From a virus: a stretch of 64,000 nucleotides of DNA. Shown one piece after another: positions 1 to 10,010 of this stretch (positions are counted from its first letter, which is position 1; each line of letters opens with the position of its first letter). Position numbers and translations under genes: made by a program. Where the stretch lies: the IMG/VR virus record IMGVR_UViG_3300045988_126426. One strand, given 5' to 3'. The notes beneath the pieces were generated by a model that was not told where the DNA came from, did not search any database, and saw nothing but the letters and a program-made list of their open reading frames with translations.

Positions 1-2279
1 GGTAGAATGTAATTTTCTTTATACTGGATTCTGTACATTTAGAAGAGCTTTTCGTGTGGAATTTCCATTCTATAGGTAAATTGGTATTGTTGGTAGGGGA
101 AAGGTGTAAAATTGATTTATGATCTCTCAGGTGCATTTTTTCGTAGGAAATATGCTTGTACTTTTTCACGTACAATATATACTGACGCAGATAATGATCT
201 TTTTAATGTGAAGTGTACCCCCCTATGTGATATGAGTGTGGTATGGGTCATGTGTAAAATTGCTTAGGGTACTTTTGCAATATTTAGATGAGAAATCGGG
301 TACTAATTTCAATTTTATATGTTCTTGCGATAACTTGTTAGGATACGATAGTAGAATTGAAATTTGCTCTTTCAGAGTACATTTTTTAAAGGGTATAATG
401 AAGAGATATTTTTGTCTTGGATCTAAGATGGGTTGTGGCAAATGTCTGACTAGGGAATCTGCTGCATAATGGTTGGTGTTGATTATATGTGATTCTCAAT
501 GTTTAGAAGAGTATATCCGTCAAATATGGATTTTGTGGTATGTTATGGAGAGTTGTTAAGGTAGACATGTAAAATGGATTTATGATTTGTAGAGTGCGAT
601 TTTTTATAGGGTTGAATGAGAGATAAATTTTTGCATAAAAATAATCCCTGCTTACAAGGTTAAATATCTGATTGATAGATTTCTTGTGTTCACTATCTGT
701 CACAAATCTGGTTGATAGTTCAAGGGATTCCATCTTATTAAAATGTTTTGCCTTGTGAGGGATTGTTTTTATTGATACATGGAATACATTGAATGTCTTG
801 TTCAATGCCATATATATGATTATATCATGTAAGATATTTTATTGCAATGAGAGATTGTTAGTTGTAAAAAATATGCCCAGAGAAATTTCCCTGAGCATAA
901 ATTCTGATAATGCATTTGCAGATACATTATCTGGGGTACCAACTTGAATACCTTAATATCATTTTTTATGTCTGTTTTGGCGTAGATGCCAAGGGTTGCC
1001 TAATCTCTCAATGGAAGTATAACATGATCTGCTAAGAAATGGAAGCGTGTAAGTGATATTACCTGCGGTAGCAATGTCGAGAAGGAACGCTGACGCTTAT
1101 CCTGTCTCTCCTAAACTGCGCAATAAATTGCTTGTTTACTTGGGATAAGAGAGAAGAGGTAATTGTTGTTTTCTTTAGTGTTTATATGTGGTTTCTTGTA
1201 ATTTATATATTTTTGTGCATGTCTTTGTTGAGAACCTTCGATATAGGGTGTCACCAATTTCGTAGGCAAAATGGTTAAAGGTATAGTGATTATAAAGAAA
1301 AAGTGACGATTATTTTGTGCGATTGATTGTGGAGATAAAATCGGTTTCGGGCATGATTGATCGAATTTATACATTTTTCTGGGAGTAATTTTGTGCAAAG
1401 GTTGAGATGTGATTTGTGTAGGGATTTACTGGGATTTGTGAGGGTATTAATTGTCAAAATCGTGCTTCGAGAAGAGCCAAAAATCATGTTTCGATAAATT
1501 GTGTAAAACTGTGTAAAATCTGATGTGAAAAATATAAGGAATTACTTAGGTTTTTGAGGGCAAAACTTGCATGAAATGGCGCAAAACAAAAACGTGTCGT
1601 CGAGAGAATTGTGGAAAATAAAGGGGAAAATGGTGCTGATTTTTTGAAAAAGTGCGATTTTTGAAAGAAGGGGTTCTGGGAGCGTCGAAAAAAGAGTAAT
1701 AAAATAAACGATTCGCTCGAAGACGCCTCCGAAGACATGTTTTCAATTAGCAGAAAGTGTTTATCTAGGAAAGTGTAGGAAATTGCTTGGGAAAGTTAGG
1801 ATTTTGTTGCAAGGTCGAAAAATTTTTGTTGACACGGTGATTGAACACGTCTTGCAAGAATTACAGTTATTTCCAAAAATGTAAATGTAAACCTACCCCC
1901 GTTTTTTGATCTGGTGGTATAAAAATTACATGGTTAAAATTGTAAAAATCTATTTGAAATACTATAATTTTATCAAATAGATTTTGTAAATGATTGTAAA
2001 TAATTTATAGACAGATCAGGATCATGAGTACAGATAATTTCCAACTATTCCCACATAGTATAGGATACTACATGATATGGTATAGTGGCGGTTGTTCGGT
2101 ATAGTGTACAAACTGTACAATATTCTGTACGTGTCGTTATAGTCCGATATCGGACTACTAGCAAACGACTATTTACACAACAGTTGTTGTTTATCATACA
2201 CTTGTCTATTATCCAACACTTTTACATAATGTGTTGGATAGTCTATCTACGCCATCAATACAAAATAAAACTTCACGCC

Positions 2280-2900
2280 ACATAGCACCAGCAAAACAAT
2301 ATTTTCTCTATCACTCAATACAAACCACCACAAACCCAAACTATAACCACACTCTATACCAAACCATCCACCCATAGCTTTTATCTATATCACTTGACAG
2401 CACAGCCAAACCATGCTACACTACTAAGCAAACAAGTGTTCGATGTTTGGCAGACTTCCAGCACTTGCGATAACTACACAAATTAAAATATAAACTAAAC
2501 AAATTAATATATAACAATCATACAAGATCAAGCTATCATACATAAACAAATACATATATAAACATAATACGATAGTATATCTCATACTACCACGCAAAAC
2601 TAGCTCCAAACTACAACAACTATATAAGTATATATAATAGTATAACACTACACTATATAACCACAATAAGCACAGTATAACATACAAGTATACTAATATA
2701 ACATAACACTATATAATAGTACACCTATGGCATACGCAAGCAATACACACAATACTATAATACATATACCAATACACTATATCCATAATGACGTGCTGTA
2801 TGAGTTCTTTCTATATAATACACGTTATACTTGCATACTCACGTTATAACACGTTTAAACGACTGTAAATACGTTGTAGAGTGCATACGGTAGGGCAAAC
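2280..2900. repeat. G-depleted, strand-asymmetric non-coding tract with degenerate ACACTATATAA-like short repeats
   Basis: Plus strand is almost devoid of G over ~600 nt (A/C/T only, many 'ataca'/'actatataa' units). It has no credible ORF and is preceded by perfect palindromes at 1945-1985, 2140-2157 and 2211-2239. Confidence 0.5.
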
Positions 2901-2904
2901 GATA

Positions 2905-3138
2905 CTATTGATCTTTGCTGGTATTGTCTGTGACTATATTTATATCTAAGGATAAACCACAAGCCTTTAAATATTTAAAAAGGGTGTCTAGTTGCATTGC
3001 ATTTTTACCGCCTAAGGCTTTTGTTACTTGCGGTCGTGCTATGTTTAATTTTTTGGCAATGTCATTTTGAGATATGCCATTATTCTTCATCTGCATTTTT
3101 AATATAGTTAATATATCATTTTGATTTTTTACGATCAT
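2905..3138 (-). CDS. XRE/Cro-CI family helix-turn-helix transcriptional regulator
   Basis: 77 aa; HTH segment 'ISQNDIAKKLNIARPQVTKALGGK'; sits divergent to plus-strand promoters, as at a lysogeny switch. Confidence 0.6.
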   Translation of the reverse strand: MIVKNQNDILTILKMQMKNNGISQNDIAKKLNIARPQVTKALGGKNAMQLDTLFKYLKACGLSLDINIVTDNTSKDQ

Positions 3139-3208
3139 ATTTTTTATTATTCCTTTTCTTTTATAATAAGGTAGTTTTCTTTTTTGTTATTATATCATAA
3201 AAAATCTA

Positions 3209-3237
3209 TTGACAAAAGGTAGGATATATGCTACTAT
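3209..3237 (+). promoter_or_regulatory. sigma70-type promoter (TTGACA-17-TACTAT)
   Basis: ttgaca at 3209-3214, 17-nt spacer, tactat at 3232-3237; near-duplicate of the promoter at 3311. Confidence 0.5.
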
Positions 3238-3310
3238 ATAAGTGTCTTAAAGATAAGGCAATAAAACAAAAGCCTTTGATTTAAACACAAAAAAGAGTTT
3301 AAAAAAACTC

Positions 3311-3339
3311 TTGACAATAAGTAGCAAATATGCTACAAT
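3311..3339 (+). promoter_or_regulatory. sigma70-type promoter (TTGACA-17-TACAAT)
   Basis: ttgaca at 3311-3316, 17-nt spacer 'ataagtagcaaatatgc', tacaat at 3334-3339. Shares the 'atatgctac(t/a)at' core with the promoter at 3209, a possible operator. Confidence 0.55.
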
Positions 3340-3890
3340 ATAAACAAGTTAAGAGAGAAGCACAAAAGAGTGGTGATAACAACCGATACTTGAAACACCA
3401 GCTTTCAAGCTAATCAATTAACAACAACTTATAAACAGTCTTAAAAAGGAGAGTCAAACAAAAGTAAATCTTAAAAATAAATAAAACGGTTGTACATGAT
3501 GAAATGTACATAAGGATAATGAAAAAGGCTTTCAAATGCTGGTAACATTCAAAAGCCCATAGATAAGTATAAATTATACTTAGCCCTAAACAATCTAAGT
3601 ATAACATATCTTAAAAAGTTTTGTCAATTCTGATAAAACAAAATTCATTTTTTGAACGGCAGACAACTAAATAGTTTGTCTTGCATGATGATATATGATA
3701 AACCCTAGATAATAGCAAGGTGGTGCTTGCAGGGTTTTGATAAGGCAATAGCCAACGTGGTAAGTAATAGACAAGTGTCAGAGTAGGGAATAAACCGTGA
3801 CCATAGGGAACACTTGCAAGGAACAACAAACAAAACTTATATATTTGTAATATATAAGGGATAACTTAACAATGAACGGATCTAAACTTA

Positions 3891-3921
3891 AGAGTATCAT
3901 TTTTTGATACTCTGTTTTTTT
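3891..3921 (+). terminator. Rho-independent terminator
   Basis: Hairpin agagtatc/gatactct (3891-3913) followed by G then T7. Confidence 0.6.
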
Positions 3922-4149
3922 GAATAAAACATCATAACCAAAGATTAACAATGAATCAATCAGTTATAACGCTGGTTAAGATTTCATAATTCTTTTATAG
4001 GTCGATGATGGGGTACAAATTAACGCCTTGCATGGTATGCACTCGAAAGACAAGCCACTGTCCATGACACTGTTATTTGTATCCATTCATGAACTTATAA
4101 AAAATCCAGCCTTGAAAAGCTGGTCGTAGTATTAAGGAGGTAAACAACT

Positions 4150-4332
4150 ATGAAAGAAGCAATTGAAAGATTAAAAGAAAAGATCCACAATCAGTTTTTA
4201 GCTGAATGTGAAGAAATTTCATATGAATGTATGGAAGAAGGATACCCTAGCACGGGTTATAACTACGACTTAAGAGTCGCAGATTTAGAAGAATGGTACG
4301 ATGGAGAATATGGATATATCGGGCTATTCTAA
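4150..4332 (+). CDS. small acidic hypothetical protein (possible DNA-mimic / anti-defence candidate)
   Basis: 60 aa, very acidic, RBS 'aaggagg' upstream; first gene of the plus-strand early block. Confidence 0.4.
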   Translation: MKEAIERLKEKIHNQFLAECEEISYECMEEGYPSTGYNYDLRVADLEEWYDGEYGYIGLF

Positions 4333-4413
4333 ACCATAAAGGCACGATCTAAAAAAGATTGTGTCTTTTTTATTGCAAGTAAACAAAATCCCGCTTTAGA
4401 AAGAAGGTATATT

Positions 4414-4956
4414 ATGAGTGAAATTATTATGAATGAAGTCAAAGTATGGGTTGGCAATTTAGGAAAGTACAATGAAGGAAATCTTGTAGGAAGATGGATC
4501 AAGCTTCCTATTGATGAAGATGATCTCGAAAAGGTGTTAGAATCAATCGGGATTGATAATGAAGAATATGAAGAAATCTTTATTGCTGATTATGATCTTC
4601 CTTTTGATTCTAAGGAATTAGGAGAATATACATCAATCGAAAGATTGAATGAAATCGCAGAACGCTATAACGATTTGACAGAAGATGGAAAAGAAGTATT
4701 CAACGAAATTAGTACTGATTTCAAATTAGATGAAGCTTTTGACATCGTAGAAGATGGCGATTATATGATTTATTCTAATTGTGATGACATGGGAGACGTA
4801 GCAATGCAATATGTGGAAGAAATTGGATTGTTAGACAATGTACCTGGTGATTTAGTTGATTATTTTGATTATCAATCATATGGTCGTGATATGGAAATCA
4901 ATGGTTATTATATCAGATCTAGTTACTGTGATGGCTATATTGAGATTATTAGATAA
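4414..4956 (+). CDS. ardA: ArdA antirestriction protein
   Basis: 180 aa with hallmark motifs 'VWVGNLGKYNEGNLVGRWIKLPID', 'YEEIFIADYDLPF', 'CDDMGDVAMQYVEEIG', 'LVDYFDYQSYGRD', as in Tn916 Orf18 ArdA. Confidence 0.85.
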   Translation: MSEIIMNEVKVWVGNLGKYNEGNLVGRWIKLPIDEDDLEKVLESIGIDNEEYEEIFIADYDLPFDSKELGEYTSIERLNEIAERYNDLTEDGKEVFNEISTDFKLDEAFDIVEDGDYMIYSNCDDMGDVAMQYVEEIGLLDNVPGDLVDYFDYQSYGRDMEINGYYIRSSYCDGYIEIIR

Positions 4957-4972
4957 AAGGAGTGTTTGAACT

Positions 4973-5335
4973 ATGGAACAATATTTATATGCTGATGAAT
5001 ATGATGACAATGAGATTAAAATTCTAACGGTTGGACAACTGTTAGAATTTTTTAATAAATCGGATGATAAAAAGAACGGTTCAAGTTTAGATGATTATAT
5101 TCAAGATAATATAAGAATGGATCTTATTGAAGCGTTCTGCCCACATAAAGAAGCAGAAACGGTTGTATGTGATTTACAACCGTTAGCAAAACAGTATATT
5201 TTACAAGAAGCCGAGAAGGTTTTTAATGGTATGCCGTGGGTAGATACTGAAGAAGAACTGGATAACGTGTATCATGAGAAAATCAAGAACTTATATGATA
5301 CGGTTGATTTTTCAGAGTTTGTAGCGTATTTATAG
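4973..5335 (+). CDS. hypothetical acidic protein
   Basis: 120 aa ORF with RBS 'aaaggag'; followed by a terminator hairpin at 5348-5380. Confidence 0.45.
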   Translation: MEQYLYADEYDDNEIKILTVGQLLEFFNKSDDKKNGSSLDDYIQDNIRMDLIEAFCPHKEAETVVCDLQPLAKQYILQEAEKVFNGMPWVDTEEELDNVYHEKIKNLYDTVDFSEFVAYL

Positions 5336-5347
5336 ATTGAATATTAT

Positions 5348-5380
5348 AGACAAGTCAAAACACGGCTTGTCTATTTTGTT
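5348..5380 (+). terminator. Rho-independent terminator
   Basis: Stem agacaag/cttgtct with a 12-nt loop, then 'attttgtt'. Confidence 0.5.
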
Positions 5381-5434
5381 GAACTTATAAAGAAAAATAA
5401 AGTCCCGTAAAGGGCAGAAAGAAGGAAAGATATT

Positions 5435-5686
5435 ATGACAAAATACAGAGTGATTTATAGTTATTTTAGCGAACTTGTAACAGTTGATGAACCTACAACG
5501 GACTACTGTGCAATCCTAGATCTTGCGATCGATCAACTAGAATCTGATGGAAATATGGGTGTATTCATTACAGATGAAGATATAGAACGTGATGGGATCA
5601 CTGATGATGCATATATCACTGGTGGAAATCACGGACTCAACTTATATCATGGTGGTAACTTCATGATAGAAAGAGTTGACGAGTAA
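5435..5686 (+). CDS. hypothetical protein
   Basis: 83 aa, RBS 'gaaggaaag'. Confidence 0.4.
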   Translation: MTKYRVIYSYFSELVTVDEPTTDYCAILDLAIDQLESDGNMGVFITDEDIERDGITDDAYITGGNHGLNLYHGGNFMIERVDE

Positions 5687-5707
5687 AGAAAGAAGGAAGG
5701 AAGAACA

Positions 5708-5896
5708 ATGGAAAATAAAGTACAATTACATAAACCAGCTATAACAGAAATAGCCGTTGCACTTATATGGATTGCAATGGCTATTATTGCATTTATCAAG
5801 ATCCCGCAAGCCTTCATTTTAGAAGCGTTATTATTAATGATTACCGCTGTCTATATGCTTGCTTGTATGGGATTTTTTGCAGATGATACAGAATAG
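5708..5896 (+). CDS. small membrane protein
   Basis: 62 aa, two hydrophobic helices, RBS 'gaaggaagg'. Confidence 0.4.
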   Translation: MENKVQLHKPAITEIAVALIWIAMAIIAFIKIPQAFILEALLLMITAVYMLACMGFFADDTE

Positions 5897-5915
5897 GAAA
5901 GATGGTAGAACGATT

Positions 5916-6134
5916 ATGAAGTATAGAAATTGTTTTGGAAAACTTGAACCGTCAATCGGTTTATATTTTGTGCAAAAGTCCAGCGGTGGAAAATACAAGA
6001 TATGTAAAAAGGAAGGATGGTACACGACAGACGCAATGTTATTATACGGATCTTTTTTATTTAGTATTGATCCTTTTGACAGCATGGTAAAAGCTTGTGC
6101 ATACATGAAAACAAATTTAGATAGATTGATTTAG
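5916..6134 (+). CDS. hypothetical protein
   Basis: Internal ATG of ORF 5859-6134 (MKYRNCFGK...) preceded by 'aggaaagatgg'. Confidence 0.35.
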   Translation: MKYRNCFGKLEPSIGLYFVQKSSGGKYKICKKEGWYTTDAMLLYGSFLFSIDPFDSMVKACAYMKTNLDRLI

Positions 6135-6151
6135 AAAGAAGGTAAGACACA

Positions 6152-6757
6152 ATGAAAACAAAAAACAAAACAATTAAGATCTTATTAACCGTAGTAATTA
6201 TGTTTACGGCTTTTTTAATGCTGGAAAATACAGTGTATGCAAAGACAAAAAGAAGCAAGTACAGAACAATTAAAGGTATTTATAACAGTGACGGCACAAT
6301 TGACACGGTTGACGGCTGTTGTTGGAAAGTTCGCAAGGAATCATATGCCTATCCAGGGACTACCGTTGTCACTGTAAAATTTAATACTCACGGAACTAGA
6401 AATAAGCTCGATGATTCGATCGTAAAAATCACGGCAAAGAATAGAAATATCCAGCTTGTAAACGATTATATACGACACGAATACGATCTAAACGCCTATA
6501 AGGTAAAGTATATCAGTACTGGAAAACTAACCGATAGAATGATCCGTGAACGTGCCACACGACATACAATTTATGTGGAAATTATTAAAAGTGTTTCTGC
6601 CGGTGGTAAGCATGGAACGTATGGAAAAAACTATTACATTGCCTATAACAAACGTGTACGCAAAGGAAAACACGTAACGAGTTATTGCATATGGAATCCT
6701 TGCAATAGCTACTGTGATGATGTAGAAGCGATCGCAGATAATGGAAAAATCAGATAG
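6152..6757 (+). CDS. secreted hypothetical protein (signal peptide)
   Basis: 201 aa; N-terminal 'KILLTVVIMFTAFLMLENTVYA' signal-like; Cys-rich C-terminus. Confidence 0.5.
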   Translation: MKTKNKTIKILLTVVIMFTAFLMLENTVYAKTKRSKYRTIKGIYNSDGTIDTVDGCCWKVRKESYAYPGTTVVTVKFNTHGTRNKLDDSIVKITAKNRNIQLVNDYIRHEYDLNAYKVKYISTGKLTDRMIRERATRHTIYVEIIKSVSAGGKHGTYGKNYYIAYNKRVRKGKHVTSYCIWNPCNSYCDDVEAIADNGKIR

Positions 6758-6775
6758 AAAGAAGGTATGGAAATT

Positions 6776-7084
6776 ATGAAAGATTATAGAACGATTATTG
6801 ATAATGATACAGTAGAAATGTTTTGCATGACTTTAGATGATTACTTAGCAGATAGTTTTGAAGGCTGTATGTTAGATAACTATTTCTTTGATGTTGGAAA
6901 TAATAACATGAGATGGGGCAGAATCAAGCTAAGAAAGTACGTGATGATCTTAGAAAAGGGCTTGAATGAATGGTCTAGTGTCAACGAACTGTACATGACA
7001 GACAGCGAAAAGAAGTATAGAGAACTGTTAGATATGTACTATAAGGATCGTGAAGAGTACGAAAAAGAAGAAGAAACGGCATAG
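6776..7084 (+). CDS. hypothetical protein
   Basis: ORF 6767-7084; true start likely the second ATG of the 'GGTATGGAAATTATG' cassette. Confidence 0.45.
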   Translation: MKDYRTIIDNDTVEMFCMTLDDYLADSFEGCMLDNYFFDVGNNNMRWGRIKLRKYVMILEKGLNEWSSVNELYMTDSEKKYRELLDMYYKDREEYEKEEETA

Positions 7085-7102
7085 AAAGGAAGTGTGGAAA
7101 TT

Positions 7103-7597
7103 ATGAAGATTGAAACGAAAGAAAGAATCATCAAAGACACTGTATATATCGCAGAAGATGGAAAACGATTTACGACAAAAAGTCATTGTTTGCAATACGA
7201 AGAACGATTGAAACGTGCAAAACAGTGGGAAGATAAGAAAAGCATTGTAAACAAAATGATAATAAATTTTGATCTTGTGCCAATGGTAGAAGATACGAGC
7301 AGTGATAGAACGTACACCTATTTTAAAGTAGAAAATAATGAAGATGTAGGATTATTGGTTGATGTTTTCAATATAGAAAATATGGCAATACCTTCTGTAA
7401 AATCATATCCCGATATTATTATTTGCGAATCATATGGTGTCATTCAAGATATAAACGATTATGCAGAAATTGTACCAGAATTGAACGATATGTGGTGGGA
7501 TAACTTAAATGATATTCGACAAAGAACAAAAGAATGGTGGAAAAAGTTAGGCTACGACATAACAATTACAAAAAAAGATAACCAGGAGGAACACTAG
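7103..7597 (+). CDS. hypothetical protein
   Basis: ORF 7094-7597; same 'GTGGAAATTATG' start cassette. Confidence 0.45.
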   Translation: MKIETKERIIKDTVYIAEDGKRFTTKSHCLQYEERLKRAKQWEDKKSIVNKMIINFDLVPMVEDTSSDRTYTYFKVENNEDVGLLVDVFNIENMAIPSVKSYPDIIICESYGVIQDINDYAEIVPELNDMWWDNLNDIRQRTKEWWKKLGYDITITKKDNQEEH

Positions 7598-7598
7598 A

Positions 7599-7871
7599 AT
7601 GGAAATTTTAAAGATGACAAGAACAAACATGGTAGTGATTCAAACAGTAGAAAAGGAAGAACGAAACACTTTTGACATTGGAAAAATTAGGGTCGCAGCC
7701 TTGCCACCGATCGCAAAGAAAGATCTTATCGCAGAACTTAAGTGTAAAGGTTTCTGCGATGGAATGATCCATACGGCTATGCAATGTAAGTTGGAAGATC
7801 TAAACGGATATGTGAACGTATGGAAGTATGTAGCATATATCTTAGCGGTAGAACTGATGGAAAGATTATAA
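7599..7871 (+). CDS. hypothetical protein
   Basis: 90 aa; RBS 'aggagg' immediately upstream. Confidence 0.4.
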   Translation: MEILKMTRTNMVVIQTVEKEERNTFDIGKIRVAALPPIAKKDLIAELKCKGFCDGMIHTAMQCKLEDLNGYVNVWKYVAYILAVELMERL

Positions 7872-8013
7872 GAAATGATTAGGTTTAAATTTAAGGATCG
7901 TAACGGAAAGATTTTGTTCTATACGTTTGATTCAGTTAGTGAAGCTAGACATTTTGCAAAAGAAAACTTCTTGCATTTCTTAGGAATATGGATACGACTG
8001 TTTTAGAAGGAAG

Positions 8014-8211
8014 GTGGAAATTATGATCGTAAAAAATACTTATTCCGATGGTAGAATAGAAATTTTTTGTAATACACCTGATGAATACAATGACTTATGC
8101 TGTGAGTACGATCTTGAAGATTGCGGTATGAGTGGAAAATACGTTGGATCTAGTTGGAGCCACGATGATAAGAACAACGTAGATGTTTATTTTAAATATA
8201 AAGAAGAATAG
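8014..8211 (+). CDS. hypothetical protein
   Basis: 65 aa; 'GGTGGAAATTATG' cassette. Confidence 0.4.
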   Translation: MEIMIVKNTYSDGRIEIFCNTPDEYNDLCCEYDLEDCGMSGKYVGSSWSHDDKNNVDVYFKYKEE

Positions 8212-8218
8212 AAAGTAG

Positions 8219-8482
8219 GTGGAAAGAATGAGTCGCAGAACAACTATGGAATCATTAGCGTGTCACGTAGAACGAAAGTATAACACGTTATGCTTTACAA
8301 AAAATCCTCCAAACGCTGGAATTGACGATGATTTGTTTGGCTACAAATATTTCTTGCTATTCAAGAACACGTTCGGAATTTTTCGGAAATACAGAACGCA
8401 AGAAGAAGCAGTCAACGACATGACGGAAATTTTAAAAGAAGATCCAGCTAATCTATTCAACTTCTCTGTATGCCGTACATAG
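8219..8482 (+). CDS. hypothetical protein
   Basis: 87 aa; RBS 'aggtggaaag'. Confidence 0.4.
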   Translation: MERMSRRTTMESLACHVERKYNTLCFTKNPPNAGIDDDLFGYKYFLLFKNTFGIFRKYRTQEEAVNDMTEILKEDPANLFNFSVCRT

Positions 8483-8608
8483 TTTATTACATAGCCAATT
8501 AAAGGCTTTTACTGTCTGTAATGAAGCAGACTACACCATAACGGAAAGACTCGACTATTGAAGCTAATAGTTACTTTATATGAACGGAAAGACTGTACTA
8601 CTGGTTGA

Positions 8609-8680
8609 TGGTAGTGACGTATTGGAACGGGAAAACGGTGGCGTATGGTAATTTGTGATAGGTTCGATTCCTATCCCGTC
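8609..8680 (+). other. tRNA-like element (acceptor-like stem plus canonical T-arm GGTTCGATTCC), not a foldable canonical tRNA
   Basis: 'agtgacg...gatagGTTCGATTCctatc c cgtcact': 7-bp acceptor-like pairing and a T stem-loop, but the body does not form D and anticodon arms. Confidence 0.3.
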
Positions 8681-8685
8681 ACTTT

Positions 8686-9390
8686 ATGGAAAATATAAAT
8701 CAAAAGAATAAAGAAAGAAGGTACTTAATTATGGGAAATCGTGCAATTATTAAAGGAAAGAACCAGGCGTTAGGCGTATATGTGCATTGGAATGGTGGTT
8801 ATGATTCTGTAAATGCTTTTTGTACATATTGTAAATTAAAAGGATACAGAAGTCCAGAAACTGATAGCTACGGAATTGCTAGGCTTGCACAAGTGATTGG
8901 AAATTTCTTTGGCGGTAATGTTTCAGTAGGAATTGAGATCGTTGACAATAATCCGACACCCAAACAAGTTGAGGAATTATGGCTTGATAATGGAATCTAT
9001 GAGATTGAAGGTTGGAAAATTGTTAACCATATGAATCCTGATATAGTTATCAAAGAAGATCATGAGGAATATGACTTAATGGAATTTTTAGAAACCATTG
9101 ACGAAAATATGCCGACTAAAGAACAGTTAGGAAAAGAATTCTTACATTCAGAAGAAATGAACGTCATGGATTTAAAAGTCGGTGACGTTGTTTATTATTG
9201 GAATGAATTGTATGGAAAATATGAAAGACATACCGTTATAGGAATTGCAGAAGGCGAAACCATTAGAAACGGACATAATATGGATGGAATTCCATATATT
9301 GATTTATACGAAAATAATGGATCATATGATGGAAATCCTAACAATTACTTAGCTTATCAGAAAACAATTAGAGTATGTAAAGAAAAGTAA
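8686..9390 (+). CDS. hypothetical protein
   Basis: 234 aa ORF flanked on both sides by tRNA-like elements. Confidence 0.5.
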   Translation: MENINQKNKERRYLIMGNRAIIKGKNQALGVYVHWNGGYDSVNAFCTYCKLKGYRSPETDSYGIARLAQVIGNFFGGNVSVGIEIVDNNPTPKQVEELWLDNGIYEIEGWKIVNHMNPDIVIKEDHEEYDLMEFLETIDENMPTKEQLGKEFLHSEEMNVMDLKVGDVVYYWNELYGKYERHTVIGIAEGETIRNGHNMDGIPYIDLYENNGSYDGNPNNYLAYQKTIRVCKEK

Positions 9391-9396
9391 TTTATA

Positions 9397-9457
9397 GTGG
9401 CGTATGGTAGATAAAAGAGTGCTTTTATCAGGCGGTTCAATTCCGCCCTCGCTACTT
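9397..9457 (+). other. tRNA-like element (acceptor stem, one hairpin, T-arm GGTTCAATTCC)
   Basis: 'agtggcg ta tggta gataaaag agtg cttttatc a ggcggTTCAATTccgcc ct cgctact'; 5' segment similar to the element at 8609. Confidence 0.3.
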
Positions 9458-9535
9458 TTCACGATGGAAATTATCGTGTATAATAAAGGAAAACTATTAA
9501 TATTTAAAGTCCTGATAGGCAGAAAGAAGGAAATT

Positions 9536-9997
9536 ATGTACGAGTTCAAAGAATTGATCTTACCTGAACACTTCAGACACGCCTCTTATGGTGGATTTTG
9601 TGTAAAACCTGGAATGTTTTATGGCGTAGAGAAAGAAACTGGAAAATTAGTTGCTACAACGGGCTGGAATGTAAATGGATTAACAAACATTTATATCCAA
9701 CACGAGCCAAAGTCACAATGGAACAACGACTTATGGGAAGATCTTTACGATGATTATGGAAAACCTTTAATCACGATTGAAGAGAATGACTTGCAACGGA
9801 TTAGTAATAAGGTTAAAGATTTTCAGAAAACGGCAATGGATTTTGAAACGTGGGCAGACGAAAATGGATATGATGACGAAAGCTGGGATGAAGATCAGAT
9901 AGAATCAGTATACGATAGTTATTATTTTATGGGATATCCTGAGTTTGCGATCCAGCTTTTAAAAGAACATTGGGATTTAGAAAATTATGAAGAATAG
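9536..9997 (+). CDS. hypothetical protein
   Basis: In-frame ATG of ORF 9404-9997 preceded by 'agaaagaaggaaattatg'; the upstream part overlaps the tRNA-like element. Confidence 0.45.
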   Translation: MYEFKELILPEHFRHASYGGFCVKPGMFYGVEKETGKLVATTGWNVNGLTNIYIQHEPKSQWNNDLWEDLYDDYGKPLITIEENDLQRISNKVKDFQKTAMDFETWADENGYDDESWDEDQIESVYDSYYFMGYPEFAIQLLKEHWDLENYEE

Positions 9998-10010
9998 GAT
10001 GGTGGAAATT

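Noticed and set aside
223-1746. Several minus- and plus-strand ORFs (223-441, 236-469, 503-811, 1111-1398, 1290-1487, 1484-1738, 1546-1746) in the 5' region
   Set aside because: Low-complexity translations with no RBS, overlapping each other in an AT-rich, palindrome-rich non-coding region; treated as chance ORFs.
2085-2687. ORFs 2085-2285 (+) and 2424-2687 (-)
   Set aside because: They lie in the G-depleted repeat tract; the translations are repetitive (Tyr/Ile/Leu/Cys runs) and lack start context.
3410-3829. Minus-strand ORFs 3410-3607 and 3611-3829
   Set aside because: They are antisense to the promoter-terminator delimited plus-strand transcript, with hydrophobic low-complexity translations and no SD; more likely non-coding.
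8609-9457. Calling the two T-arm-containing elements as bona fide tRNA genes
   Set aside because: I could not fold D and anticodon arms; the lengths (71 and 61 nt) and extra nucleotides between the T-stem and acceptor strand are non-canonical.
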